A stretch of 63,990 nucleotides of DNA, the filler included, from an uncultured bacterium (GTDB lineage: Bacteria > CAYSBA01), in assembly GCA_964429075.1 (NCBI GenBank). It is 16 parts of 16 records of this genome, joined end to end, with 100 filler letters (N's around TTAATTAATTAA, not from the genome) between each part and the next. Parts side by side here need not be neighbours in the genome. Positions count along the whole stretch, not along the records: positions 53,133 to 56,949 come from CAYSBA010000182.1; positions 57,050 to 60,854 come from CAYSBA010000183.1; positions 60,955 to 63,990 come from CAYSBA010000233.1; 13 more parts are not named here. One strand, given 5' to 3'. Positions 53,133 through 62,101 of the stretch are shown in pieces. The notes under the pieces were generated by a model that saw only the letters and a program-made list of their open reading frames with translations, ran no database searches and was not told the origin of the DNA. Each line of letters opens with the position of its first letter. Position 1 is the first letter of the stretch. A program made the translations under genes and the position numbers.

Positions 53133-53816
53133 TTCTCCCTTTTCATCATAGATCGGCACATATCTGTAAAAGCTTTCAAGCCACCCAAAAAATCTGGAAA
53201 GATAGAGAACAACCTGCATTATGTCCTTTCTGCTCAATGCCTGAGTTAGTGATAGATTCAGAGTTGTTATTGCAAGGTCTTTTCTATGATCCTTGTTATT
53301 ATCTCCAGAACGCCAGCCCTGGTTTGCACTGTAAGCTACTCCCAATGCAACAGTAGTATTTCGCCTGAAAAAATCCCTTGAAACTCCAGAGTTAAATGTA
53401 AGTGAGAAAAAATCGTTTTCTCTGGATATTGAACTCCCGATATTAAAGTTATAAAGATTATGGCGATAACTGAGATTAAGATTCCCTCCCTTTCTTATCT
53501 CATGAAAGGGCTTTATATCTTTACCCTGATCCACTCTGTAGTGTTCTGTTGCAGAAGTCCTTACATCGACAGAGGCAGAGCTTATTATATCGGCCTCCAA
53601 TTCTGTGGATAGGGTAAGGTTTTCTGTCAGCTCTCCACTGTAGGTGAGTCTTGGCATTATAACAGTGGTGCCATCGGAATCTGTATACATGAATGTCTTT
53701 GTATGCATATTGTTTGATGCATGTTCTACCTCACCAGCATTCAGTCTGCTCCAGGCACAAACAAGTAAGGCTAATAACACGAAGATTGTGGTTGATTTTA
53801 GGCCTTTTAGTTGCAT
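53133..53816 (-). CDS. DUF3570-family outer-membrane beta-barrel (3' truncated)
   Basis: Starts MQL overlapping the ..GCN* end of DUF4266. Signal peptide, YTDSDGTTV, DIISSAS, SRENDFFS, RRNTTVALG. Confidence 0.82.
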
Positions 53817-54025
53817 CCACAACCTCCACCGCCTCCACCAAAACAACCGGCACTCTGCTCTCTCACTGAATAAACATGCTGATCAATACCGACTTCTGTG
53901 CCATCAGCATCAAAAATCATTGTGTCCCTTGCAAGTATCTCTCTCTGCCAGGGCATCACAGCAAGACAATTTGACTGGATAAAAGAAATAGATATGAATA
54001 ATAAAATCAACCATATTCTTTTCAT
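53807..54025 (-). CDS. DUF4266-family small lipoprotein
   Basis: Lipobox-like QSNC, VMPWQREILA, HVYSVREQ, C-terminal GGGGGGCGCN. Confidence 0.9.
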   Translation of the reverse strand: MKRIWLILLFISISFIQSNCLAVMPWQREILARDTMIFDADGTEVGIDQHVYSVREQSAGCFGGGGGGCGCN

Positions 54026-54891
54026 CTTTTTCTCCTTGAAAAAATGAGAAAAGCTATCATTGCCAGCATTCCTGATATAGATAAATCGGAATAGCCAACA
54101 TTACAGCCTTCAACATTTACGGATTGTGTCCCTTTCTTATACACTTCAACCCTTATCGTAGCGACATCATCATTGTATGGGTCAACAGGATTATCCTGGG
54201 TCCCGTCGCCACCACCACCATCAACTGCAGACACATAAAATATTGCAACATCATCATTCTGTGGGGCCTTCCAGTAGAATTCCCAGCCTGCAATCCCATT
54301 TTTAAAATAGGTCATAAATTCTTCAGCCTTAAAACCTCTTGAAAACAGGGTCTTACCATCCTTTGCAAGAAGTGTCTGGGTTTCAAAGTGCTTTTGGGTA
54401 TCACATCCAAGATCTCCCATCTTTTCAGGACATAGCTGTCCTGCCGGTTCGTCATTAGCATTCAACACATCCAGTGCAAACATATTTATATTACAGGTTG
54501 GACCCTGATAACATGCATCGTCTGTGTATTGTAGCCCTTTTGTTTCATTGAAAAATCTAAGGTAAATAATATATTCTTTGCCCGGTTCAAATCCCTCTTT
54601 AAAGATATCATCTGGATATGAGACAAGACCTATTTTCAAATTGTGGGTTGCTCCAACATGACAGACCCCACAGTTCAGACCATAATTCCTTGGTGAACCT
54701 GTAAAATACAGCCCCCCTGCTCCACCACCTCTTGGATTTCCAAAGGCATCCTGTCTGATTTCATCGGGCGATTCATCAAAGGTTGAATAGTGATCGTATG
54801 CAAAACTATTGCTCGTTGTAATAAAGGCAAAAACAATAAAAAAGAATATCAAGATTAATTTCCCTGTTAATCTACTTATTACCACAGGCAT
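54022..54891 (-). CDS. Exported CxxCH / Reeler-like protein with MYXO-CTERM-like tail
   Basis: Signal peptide (..SFA), FTGSP..NCGVCH, WEFYWKAP, FYVSAVDG, C-terminal GC + TM + SRRKR. Confidence 0.75.
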   Translation of the reverse strand: MPVVISRLTGKLILIFFFIVFAFITTSNSFAYDHYSTFDESPDEIRQDAFGNPRGGGAGGLYFTGSPRNYGLNCGVCHVGATHNLKIGLVSYPDDIFKEGFEPGKEYIIYLRFFNETKGLQYTDDACYQGPTCNINMFALDVLNANDEPAGQLCPEKMGDLGCDTQKHFETQTLLAKDGKTLFSRGFKAEEFMTYFKNGIAGWEFYWKAPQNDDVAIFYVSAVDGGGGDGTQDNPVDPYNDDVATIRVEVYKKGTQSVNVEGCNVGYSDLSISGMLAMIAFLIFSRRKR

Positions 54892-55357
54892 CCTCCACCT
54901 TTTTGCAGGATGGGAGAGTTGCTCCATTTACCCACTGTAACAGTAATTTATACTCAGCGTCATCACTGCTTCTAAACATCGGACCGGGTTTGTGAAAGAC
55001 TCCACCATCCGATTGAGGTATTGCCTTATTTAATATTGTAGAGACACCTTTTGTAAAGGCCATAGCACTCTCATAGTTTCTCGTTATCTCTTCACAACTC
55101 AATGGGGTGTTTGATCTTTCATACAGCGTGGGATGTGGATTCATTCTAAATTTTGATATTGAATATATCCTGAATGGCCTGTTTGAACCATGACAGGCAA
55201 GGAAGGAACATCTTTTTACAAGGACAGGCTCAACAACACAGGCATAATAGTTAAAGTCAAGCTTTTTTTCATCTACTGCAGAACCCGGAGAAGGGCCTGA
55301 ACAGGATAAAAAAAACCATAACACAACTACTATCTCAAATATCCCTCTTTCCTTCAT
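54872..55357 (-). CDS. Lipoprotein with a cytochrome-c-like CX4CH motif
   Basis: Lipobox FLSC, VEPVLVKRCSFLACHG, distal H in VFHKPG, LLQWVNG. Confidence 0.7.
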   Translation of the reverse strand: MKERGIFEIVVVLWFFLSCSGPSPGSAVDEKKLDFNYYACVVEPVLVKRCSFLACHGSNRPFRIYSISKFRMNPHPTLYERSNTPLSCEEITRNYESAMAFTKGVSTILNKAIPQSDGGVFHKPGPMFRSSDDAEYKLLLQWVNGATLPSCKKVEDACGNK

Positions 55358-56126
55358 CTCTTTGGCGCGATCTAAAGAAGAGAGAAAAGAGTAACCCTGA
55401 GATTAATAGAAGAAGATCAATGTTGCTACTTTTCTCCCCAAGATTACATGAACAGCCCCCTTCGTTGTTCTGATCGTACCCATAACCATCCGGATACACA
55501 TGACCCTTTAAATTTGCTGTATTTTCGTTGTTTGTAATGTTTGAACCGTTGTCAGACGTGTTGCAGCTTAGATCTTGGCCATCACAATCCTGATCTATTC
55601 CATCTCCACAAATCTCAGGTGCCCCGGGGTGAATGCTTGCATCCTGATCGTTGCAATCTGTACCACCATACATATAATCAACATACTGGTCTTGATCCCG
55701 ATCATAGTTACAATCTTCAACTATACCATCACAGTTTTCATCAACCTGATTACCACATATCTCCGGCATAGAGGGATTTATATTTGGATCACCATCATCG
55801 CAATCTGTACCACCATACTGGGTTGAGTCATAGCCATCTCCATCTGCATCATGGTTCTGTGGACATTGTTTATCTTGTCCATTGCAGTCCTGATCTATCC
55901 CATCTCCACAAATCTCTGGTGCCCCCGGATATATGCTACTGTTGTCGTCATCACAATCCTCCTGATCGCATAGGAAGGATTCACCTATATATCCATCGCC
56001 ATCTTTGTCACTTAGTTGCATACACCAGTCTCTACAGTTGGGATCGTCGTTACAGTAGTTTGCTACTGTATTTGTTACAAAGAAAAAGGTTAACAAAAAA
56101 ATGGATATCAAAAGAGGAATTTTCAT
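55335..56126 (-). CDS. MopE-related putative metal-binding repeat protein (3 repeats) with MYXO-CTERM
   Basis: DxDGDGY..DCDD....PGAPEICGDGIDQDC repeats. Tail GGCSC + TM + RSRQR. Confidence 0.85.
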   Translation of the reverse strand: MKIPLLISIFLLTFFFVTNTVANYCNDDPNCRDWCMQLSDKDGDGYIGESFLCDQEDCDDDNSSIYPGAPEICGDGIDQDCNGQDKQCPQNHDADGDGYDSTQYGGTDCDDGDPNINPSMPEICGNQVDENCDGIVEDCNYDRDQDQYVDYMYGGTDCNDQDASIHPGAPEICGDGIDQDCDGQDLSCNTSDNGSNITNNENTANLKGHVYPDGYGYDQNNEGGCSCNLGEKSSNIDLLLLISGLLFSLFFRSRQRDEGKRDI

Positions 56127-56139
56127 TTTAAATATTGAT

Positions 56140-56922
56140 CTATGGTCTGTAGATGCGTACAAAAAACAACAATCCCAGAATCAACAGTAGATAAGACCAT
56201 GAATCTGTGGATGCATTAACAGAACAGGCACATCCGCCGGATGGATTTGAAGTGTAATCTTCCTGTTGCCACATTACATTTGAGAATACCCTGCTCTGCT
56301 GGTCATCACCACCATTGTTGTCTGTTGAACAACCATCGTCAATCACTCCGTTACAATTCTGGTCTATATTGTCCCCACAGATCTCCTGTGCACCGGGATG
56401 AATCGTGCTATCTGTGTCATTACAATCATCACCACCATAGGCTGCACCTATATAACCATCTTTGTCTTGATCCTTATCGGTTGGATTCTGACAAGATCTA
56501 TCTGCACCGTTACAATCCTCATCTATACCATTGCCGCACACATCAACAGCACCGGGATGTACGTTGGGATTATGGTCATCACAATCGCCCTGATCTACAG
56601 TATAGCCATCACCATCGTTGTCTACAGGTCCATTGCACCCTTCATCAATCTGGCCATTACAATTGTTATCCTTATTGTCACATACCTCCTGTGCACCAGG
56701 GTTTACTGAGGAATCATAATCATCACAGTCAATACCCACTGATCTATTACAGTGTCTGTCGTCCTTCACATAGCCATCTCTGTCGTAATCGCAATCTTTC
56801 CAGGGAGCCGTTGCTCCGGTTATTACATCAGGTGATGTAGCATAAATTTGCTTTAGATCTAATAAATAGAGATAACTAATTGATATCAAAAATAAGATTG
56901 TTATCTTTTTAAACCAACTCAT
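56140..56922 (-). CDS. MopE-related repeat protein (3 repeats) with N-terminal DVITGAT motif and MYXO-CTERM
   Basis: Signal peptide (..IYA), PDVITGAT, DCDD..PGAQEVCD..DNNCNG repeats. Tail GGCACS + TM + R. Confidence 0.85.
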   Translation of the reverse strand: MSWFKKITILFLISISYLYLLDLKQIYATSPDVITGATAPWKDCDYDRDGYVKDDRHCNRSVGIDCDDYDSSVNPGAQEVCDNKDNNCNGQIDEGCNGPVDNDGDGYTVDQGDCDDHNPNVHPGAVDVCGNGIDEDCNGADRSCQNPTDKDQDKDGYIGAAYGGDDCNDTDSTIHPGAQEICGDNIDQNCNGVIDDGCSTDNNGGDDQQSRVFSNVMWQQEDYTSNPSGGCACSVNASTDSWSYLLLILGLLFFVRIYRP

Positions 56923-57049
56923 TTTTTACCCGCATTTATAAAATATGATNNNNNNNNNNNNNNNNNNNNNNNNNNNNNNNNNNNNNNNNNNNNTTAATTA
57001 ATTAANNNNNNNNNNNNNNNNNNNNNNNNNNNNNNNNNNNNNNNNNNNN

Positions 57050-57293
57050 CTATATTACAGGTAATACAGTCTCTGTGTACAGCAACATCAGTTCCAATAG
57101 ATAGTGCCTCCTGTTTTAAAATATTAGCACCAGCAGAAGGAACATTCAGACAGTAACATACAAGCCACCTTGATTTGGGTTTCATTATTTTTATCCCTTC
57201 TTTTGATGTACCTGTTGCTCTTAAAAACTTATCAAGATATACCGGAGCAGGATAGGGTAGGGCAAAGACAACTACATCATGCTTTTTTTGCAT
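57050..57293 (-). CDS. folP: Dihydropteroate synthase, N-terminal extension only (3' truncated)
   Basis: GIKIMKPK..ANILKQEALSIGTDVAV matches the N-terminal domain of long-form FolP. The catalytic domain is not in the contig. Confidence 0.65.
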
Positions 57294-59286
57294 CCTTTGT
57301 GTCCCTAGTGAAATATAAAATAGAAACTGCGAGTGCCAGAAAGATTATAAAGGATTCAAGTTGACCAAAACCTTCTGTTAAAGATTGTATAGAATGCATA
57401 AATCTATTAATAAAAAAGACCTTATCGGAAAGAAATACCATAAAAGCAATTAACACACCAGAGAGTGCCGCGCCTGCTATAAGACCTGAGCAATACAGGA
57501 TACCTTTTTCTCTTGTTTCTGAAATGTTTTTGTCTTTTTGTTTTCCTCTTTTTTCAATCCACCATCTGGCAAGACCTCCTACCATAATCGGTGTAGAGAG
57601 ACTTAGGGGTAGATAGAGCCCAACGGCCATTGCAAGGGAAGGGAGCTCGAGTAATTCAAATATCATTGCAATTATTACTCCAATAAATACAAGGGTCCAC
57701 GGTAGATTACCATCTATAACACCCTTTATTACAAGTGCCATAAGTGTTGCCTGAGGTGCTGGCAGATGTTCAGAACCTATACCCAGACCTTTATGTAATA
57801 CAATGAGTACACTACCAATTACAACAGCAGAGGTAAGAACACCAATCATCTCTCCAATCTGTTGAAAACTTGGTGTGGCTCCCACAAGATAGCCTGTCTT
57901 GAGATCCTGAGAGGTGTCTCCTGCGATTGCTGCAGCTATGCATACGATTGAGCCAACCGTTAGTACCTCTATTTTGGCATCAGGAGATGTTGCGTTACCT
58001 GTTATCACAAATAGAAGGGCTGTAAGTAAAAGGGTAGCAATGGTCATGCCAGAGACGGGATTTGAACTTGAACCAATTAATCCAACTATTCTTGAACTTA
58101 CAGTTACAAAGAAAAAGGATGAGATTACAATCATAATGGCGCCAAGAAAACTTGTTGGTACTATGGATTCAGGACTTATGAAGATAAAAAATATAATTAA
58201 TATGATCCCAAGAATAACGTATTTTATAGGGATATCCCTGTTTATTCTCATGTCATTGGTTTTTTTTGAATCACTGCCTTCTTTCATACCGGAAATACCA
58301 AGTCTGAAACTTTCAAATATAATGGGCAGTGCCTTTATCAGAGTCATTATACCGCCGAATGCAACAGCTCCAGCGCCAATATATCTTATATATCTATTCC
58401 AGATCTCAGAAGGCTCCATCTGCGAAATTAGCTTTACAGTTTCTGGATAGAGTGGGGTGCTTGAATTTGCCCCATAGACATAAATCAATGGGATTATAAC
58501 AAGCCATGCCAGCATCCCACCGCTTAACATCACTGCTGCAATCTTAGGTCCAATGATGTAACCCACACCAAGCAGTTCTGGAGTCAGATCAATACCAATC
58601 TCTGCACCGCCAATACCACTCATCCTCCCATCCCTACCTCTGCTAAATAGTTTCAGGACCGCTTCGGTCTTCCATAATCCAAAGAACTTTTGATTTGAGA
58701 GAATCTGATATATAAAACCTATCCCGAGACCTTTAAAAAGTAACCTTGCACGACTACCTCCTGAATCGCCAGCAACAATTATCTCAGCACACGCAGTCCC
58801 TTCAGGATAAATTAGCTTACCATGTTCTTTAACTATGAGATAACGTCTTAGGGGTATCATAAATAAAACACCGAGAAGGCCACCAAGGGTAGCAAGAACA
58901 AATATCTTTAATTGGTCAGGCTCCACACCCCAGATTATCAGTGCAGGTATTGTAAATATAACTCCAGCAGCAAGAGACTCACCCGCAGAACCAATTGTTT
59001 GTACGATGTTTGTTTCGAGTGGGGTCCCACCTTTAAACAACCTAAATAATGCAACGCCAATGACTGCAGCTGGAATACTCGCACTAACGGTCATACCTAC
59101 CTTCAAACCCAGATAGGCATTTGCTGCGCCAAAGATTATCCCTATTATAATCCCTACAAAAACAGATTTAAAAGTAAATTCATCAATCCTTGCAGAAGAG
59201 GGTACATAAGGGACATATTCTTCACCATCAGATAGTGGCCTGTATGCCGTCTCATGGAGACCTTTTTTAGGGCTATTATCCTTCAT
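57277..59286 (-). CDS. OPT-family oligopeptide transporter
   Basis: YLGLKVGMTVSASIPAAV, YPEGTACA, SSNPVSGMTIA, QDLKTG, APQATLM. Confidence 0.93.
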   Translation of the reverse strand: MKDNSPKKGLHETAYRPLSDGEEYVPYVPSSARIDEFTFKSVFVGIIIGIIFGAANAYLGLKVGMTVSASIPAAVIGVALFRLFKGGTPLETNIVQTIGSAGESLAAGVIFTIPALIIWGVEPDQLKIFVLATLGGLLGVLFMIPLRRYLIVKEHGKLIYPEGTACAEIIVAGDSGGSRARLLFKGLGIGFIYQILSNQKFFGLWKTEAVLKLFSRGRDGRMSGIGGAEIGIDLTPELLGVGYIIGPKIAAVMLSGGMLAWLVIIPLIYVYGANSSTPLYPETVKLISQMEPSEIWNRYIRYIGAGAVAFGGIMTLIKALPIIFESFRLGISGMKEGSDSKKTNDMRINRDIPIKYVILGIILIIFFIFISPESIVPTSFLGAIMIVISSFFFVTVSSRIVGLIGSSSNPVSGMTIATLLLTALLFVITGNATSPDAKIEVLTVGSIVCIAAAIAGDTSQDLKTGYLVGATPSFQQIGEMIGVLTSAVVIGSVLIVLHKGLGIGSEHLPAPQATLMALVIKGVIDGNLPWTLVFIGVIIAMIFELLELPSLAMAVGLYLPLSLSTPIMVGGLARWWIEKRGKQKDKNISETREKGILYCSGLIAGAALSGVLIAFMVFLSDKVFFINRFMHSIQSLTEGFGQLESFIIFLALAVSILYFTRDTKDAKKA

Positions 59287-59289
59287 ATC

Positions 59290-60783
59290 TTACTCCAGAG
59301 ATAAAAGCATATTAATAATCTTATGCCAGTTTCTTTTTAATCTATCGGTATAATCTGATGGTTCTGGCTTAAAGATCCTATCGATACCCGATAGTTCATG
59401 CAGCTGATCAATGTCGTTATATATGCCGCTGTAAATACCGGCCATCATTGCAACTCCAAGGGCTGTTGATTCTAAATTTTTTGGCCTTCTTACCTCAATT
59501 CCAAGCAAATCGGCCTGCAGCTGCATCATCAGATTATTAGCTGAGGCACCTCCATCCACCTTCAGCAAAGTAATGTTTGAACCAAAATCTTTTTGCATGC
59601 TATTTAAAAGGTCGGTTACCTGTAAAACAATTCCCTCAAGTACCGCGCGAGCGATCTGTGATCTATTGGTATTGCGCCTTATTCCATACAGAAGACCAGC
59701 AACGTCTGCCTTCCAGTAGGGTGCTCCAAGACCAACAAATGAGGGTACAAAGACAAGACCTGCACTATCTTTTGACTTTTTAGCAAGATCTTCTACTTCA
59801 GATGAGTTATTTATAAATTTCAATTCATCTCTCAACCATTGCACAGCTGCACCTGCAATAAAACAACTGCCTTCAAGTGCATAGTGTGTGTATTCATCAG
59901 TTGTGATAGCAATAGTAGTAAGGAGGTAGAACTTACTTTTAAGTGGTTTTTCGCCTGTATTAAGTAATAAAAAGGCCCCGGTACCATATGTGCACTTTGC
60001 TTCTCCTCCTCTATGGCAAAATTGACCAAAAAGGGCAGCCTGCTGATCACCAGCAATTGCAACAATAGGTATTCCATCTGGAAGTATACCAACATTTTTT
60101 GTAGTGCCAAAGAGGGACATTGATGGTCTGACTTCTGGCAGAATTCTTTCGTGGATGCCAAACAATTCACATAACTCGCTGTCCCATTCAAGTGAGTGTA
60201 TATTGAACAACATTGTCCTTGATGCGTTGGTAGTATCTGTTCTGAAACAGGTTCCATCGGTAAGACGAAAGACAAGGAATGAATCAATAGTCCCAACCCT
60301 TAAAGTGCCTCTTTTATAAGCCTCCTGGATGTCTTGTACATTTTCCAGTGCCCACTTGATCTTTGTTGCAGAAAAGTAGGGATCGAGCAAAAGCCCGGTC
60401 TTTTCTTTGATAATATCCTCAAGTCCATGCTTTTTAAAATCATTACAGATAGATTCTGTCCTGCGACATTGCCATACTATTGCATTATAAAGGGATTTTT
60501 TTGTCTCTACATCAAGGAAACAGACTGTTTCTCTCTGATTTGTAATTGCAATTGCTTCAATCTCTTTTCCTTTTATCTTTGCATCATTTAAAACAACAGA
60601 AATGGCCTGTAAGACTGAATTGTAAATATCTTGTGGAGAATGTTCAACCCATCCCTGTTCAGGAAAAATCTGCCTAAATTCTCTGGTACATCGCGCAACT
60701 ACTTTAAAATTTTCATCCAGAAGAATGACAGTTGTTCCTGTAGTTCCCTGATCTATAGAAAGGATATACCTCTTATATGACAT
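59290..60783 (-). CDS. glpK: Glycerol kinase
   Basis: DQGTTG, TNQRET, DPYFSATK, GDQQAALFG, YALEG. Confidence 0.95.
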   Translation of the reverse strand: MSYKRYILSIDQGTTGTTVILLDENFKVVARCTREFRQIFPEQGWVEHSPQDIYNSVLQAISVVLNDAKIKGKEIEAIAITNQRETVCFLDVETKKSLYNAIVWQCRRTESICNDFKKHGLEDIIKEKTGLLLDPYFSATKIKWALENVQDIQEAYKRGTLRVGTIDSFLVFRLTDGTCFRTDTTNASRTMLFNIHSLEWDSELCELFGIHERILPEVRPSMSLFGTTKNVGILPDGIPIVAIAGDQQAALFGQFCHRGGEAKCTYGTGAFLLLNTGEKPLKSKFYLLTTIAITTDEYTHYALEGSCFIAGAAVQWLRDELKFINNSSEVEDLAKKSKDSAGLVFVPSFVGLGAPYWKADVAGLLYGIRRNTNRSQIARAVLEGIVLQVTDLLNSMQKDFGSNITLLKVDGGASANNLMMQLQADLLGIEVRRPKNLESTALGVAMMAGIYSGIYNDIDQLHELSGIDRIFKPEPSDYTDRLKRNWHKIINMLLSLE

Positions 60784-60954
60784 AGTACGTACCTCCTGAA
60801 TAAAATAAAAAAGAAAGAGGGTAAATATTGTTATTTAAGATTTAGGTATTAAAANNNNNNNNNNNNNNNNNNNNNNNNNNNNNNNNNNNNNNNNNNNNTT
60901 AATTAATTAANNNNNNNNNNNNNNNNNNNNNNNNNNNNNNNNNNNNNNNNNNNN

Positions 60955-62089
60955 TACAATGATAGATAAGGAATTCAGGCTAAGCAAAAGTGGCTACACA
61001 ATAAATATGACCTTAAAGGTCAAAAATCTCTCTGATAAAAAAAGAGTGATACAACCAGATTTGATTATTGCAGATAGTCCGGCAGAAAATGAGGGTCTAA
61101 AGAGTTTTGGTAGATACGGAAGATACGGATTAAACTATCGTTGTTACATAAATGATGAATTAAAGAAGGTCTATCTTAAAAAACTTGAGTCACCGGTTGA
61201 ATTTGAAGGGAAAAACAGCTGGGTGGCAATCAATCGGAGATACTTTCTTTTTGCGCTATTAAATCCCACATCAAGGCTTGCAATATGCAGAATTGAGAAA
61301 AAAAATAAGGTTGTCTTGAGTCACCTGATATTAAGAAAAAAGGAGCTTGAACCATCAGAGTTATGGAGAATTAACTTTACATTATTTGCAGGTGCAAAGG
61401 AACTTGAGGAATTAAATAAGGTTGGTCACAACCTTGAGGTCAATGTAGACTTTGGCATGCTTGCCTTCCTATGTAAGCCCATGTTATGGTTACTTCGTTT
61501 TATAAACCGATTTGTAGGAAACTACGGAATTGCGATTATCATTCTCACACTGCTGATCAGACTCATAACCAATCCACTGAATGTAAAGAGTCTTAAATCT
61601 ATGCAGAAGATGAAAAAGATCCAGCCTGAACTGGAAGCACTCAAGAAGAAATATAAAGATGATAAGGAAAGACTTAATATGGAGATGTTAAATCTCTACA
61701 GAAAGCATAAAATAAACCCACTTGGTGGGTGTCTGCCCATGCTTTTGCAAATGCCAATCTTTTTTGCCCTCTACAGGATGTTATACAGTGCTGTTGAACT
61801 CTATCAGGCACCATTTATAAAGGGTTGGATAGACGATTTATCCAGTAAGGATCCTTACTATATCCTGCCAGTTCTTATGGGATTGATGATGTTTTTACAG
61901 CAAAAGATGAATCCACAGATGGGTGATCAGCTTCAATCCAAGATATTTTTATATTTTTTGCCTGGTTTCTTCACATTTATTATGTTGTTTTTGCCCTCTG
62001 GCTTGACTTTATATATATTCGTGAGTACACTTCTTGGCGTACTACAACAATATTTTCTTAATAAAAAAGAGATAGTACAAAGGGCCTAA
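60955..62089 (+). CDS. yidC: Membrane protein insertase YidC (5' truncated)
   Basis: GNYGIAII, NPLGGCLP, QMPIFFALY, PSGLTLY. Confidence 0.95.
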
Positions 62090-62101
62090 TCGGAGGTTGG
62101 T

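Noticed and set aside
53817-53846. Trp/Arg-rich N-terminus MFWWRRWRLW on the DUF3570 ORF
   Set aside because: It is an alternative-frame reading of the DUF4266 Gly-rich tail. The likely start is the ATG at 53816.
55560-56800. Recurring nucleotide repeats that might be a CRISPR array
   Set aside because: They are degenerate, in-frame protein repeats. There are no identical direct repeats with unique spacers and no cas genes.
55541-56840. His/Cys-rich plus-strand ORFs (for example 56241-56840 and 55784-56131) that look like metal-binding peptides
   Set aside because: They are antisense shadows of the Asp/Gly-rich (GAT/GGT) MopE-repeat genes.
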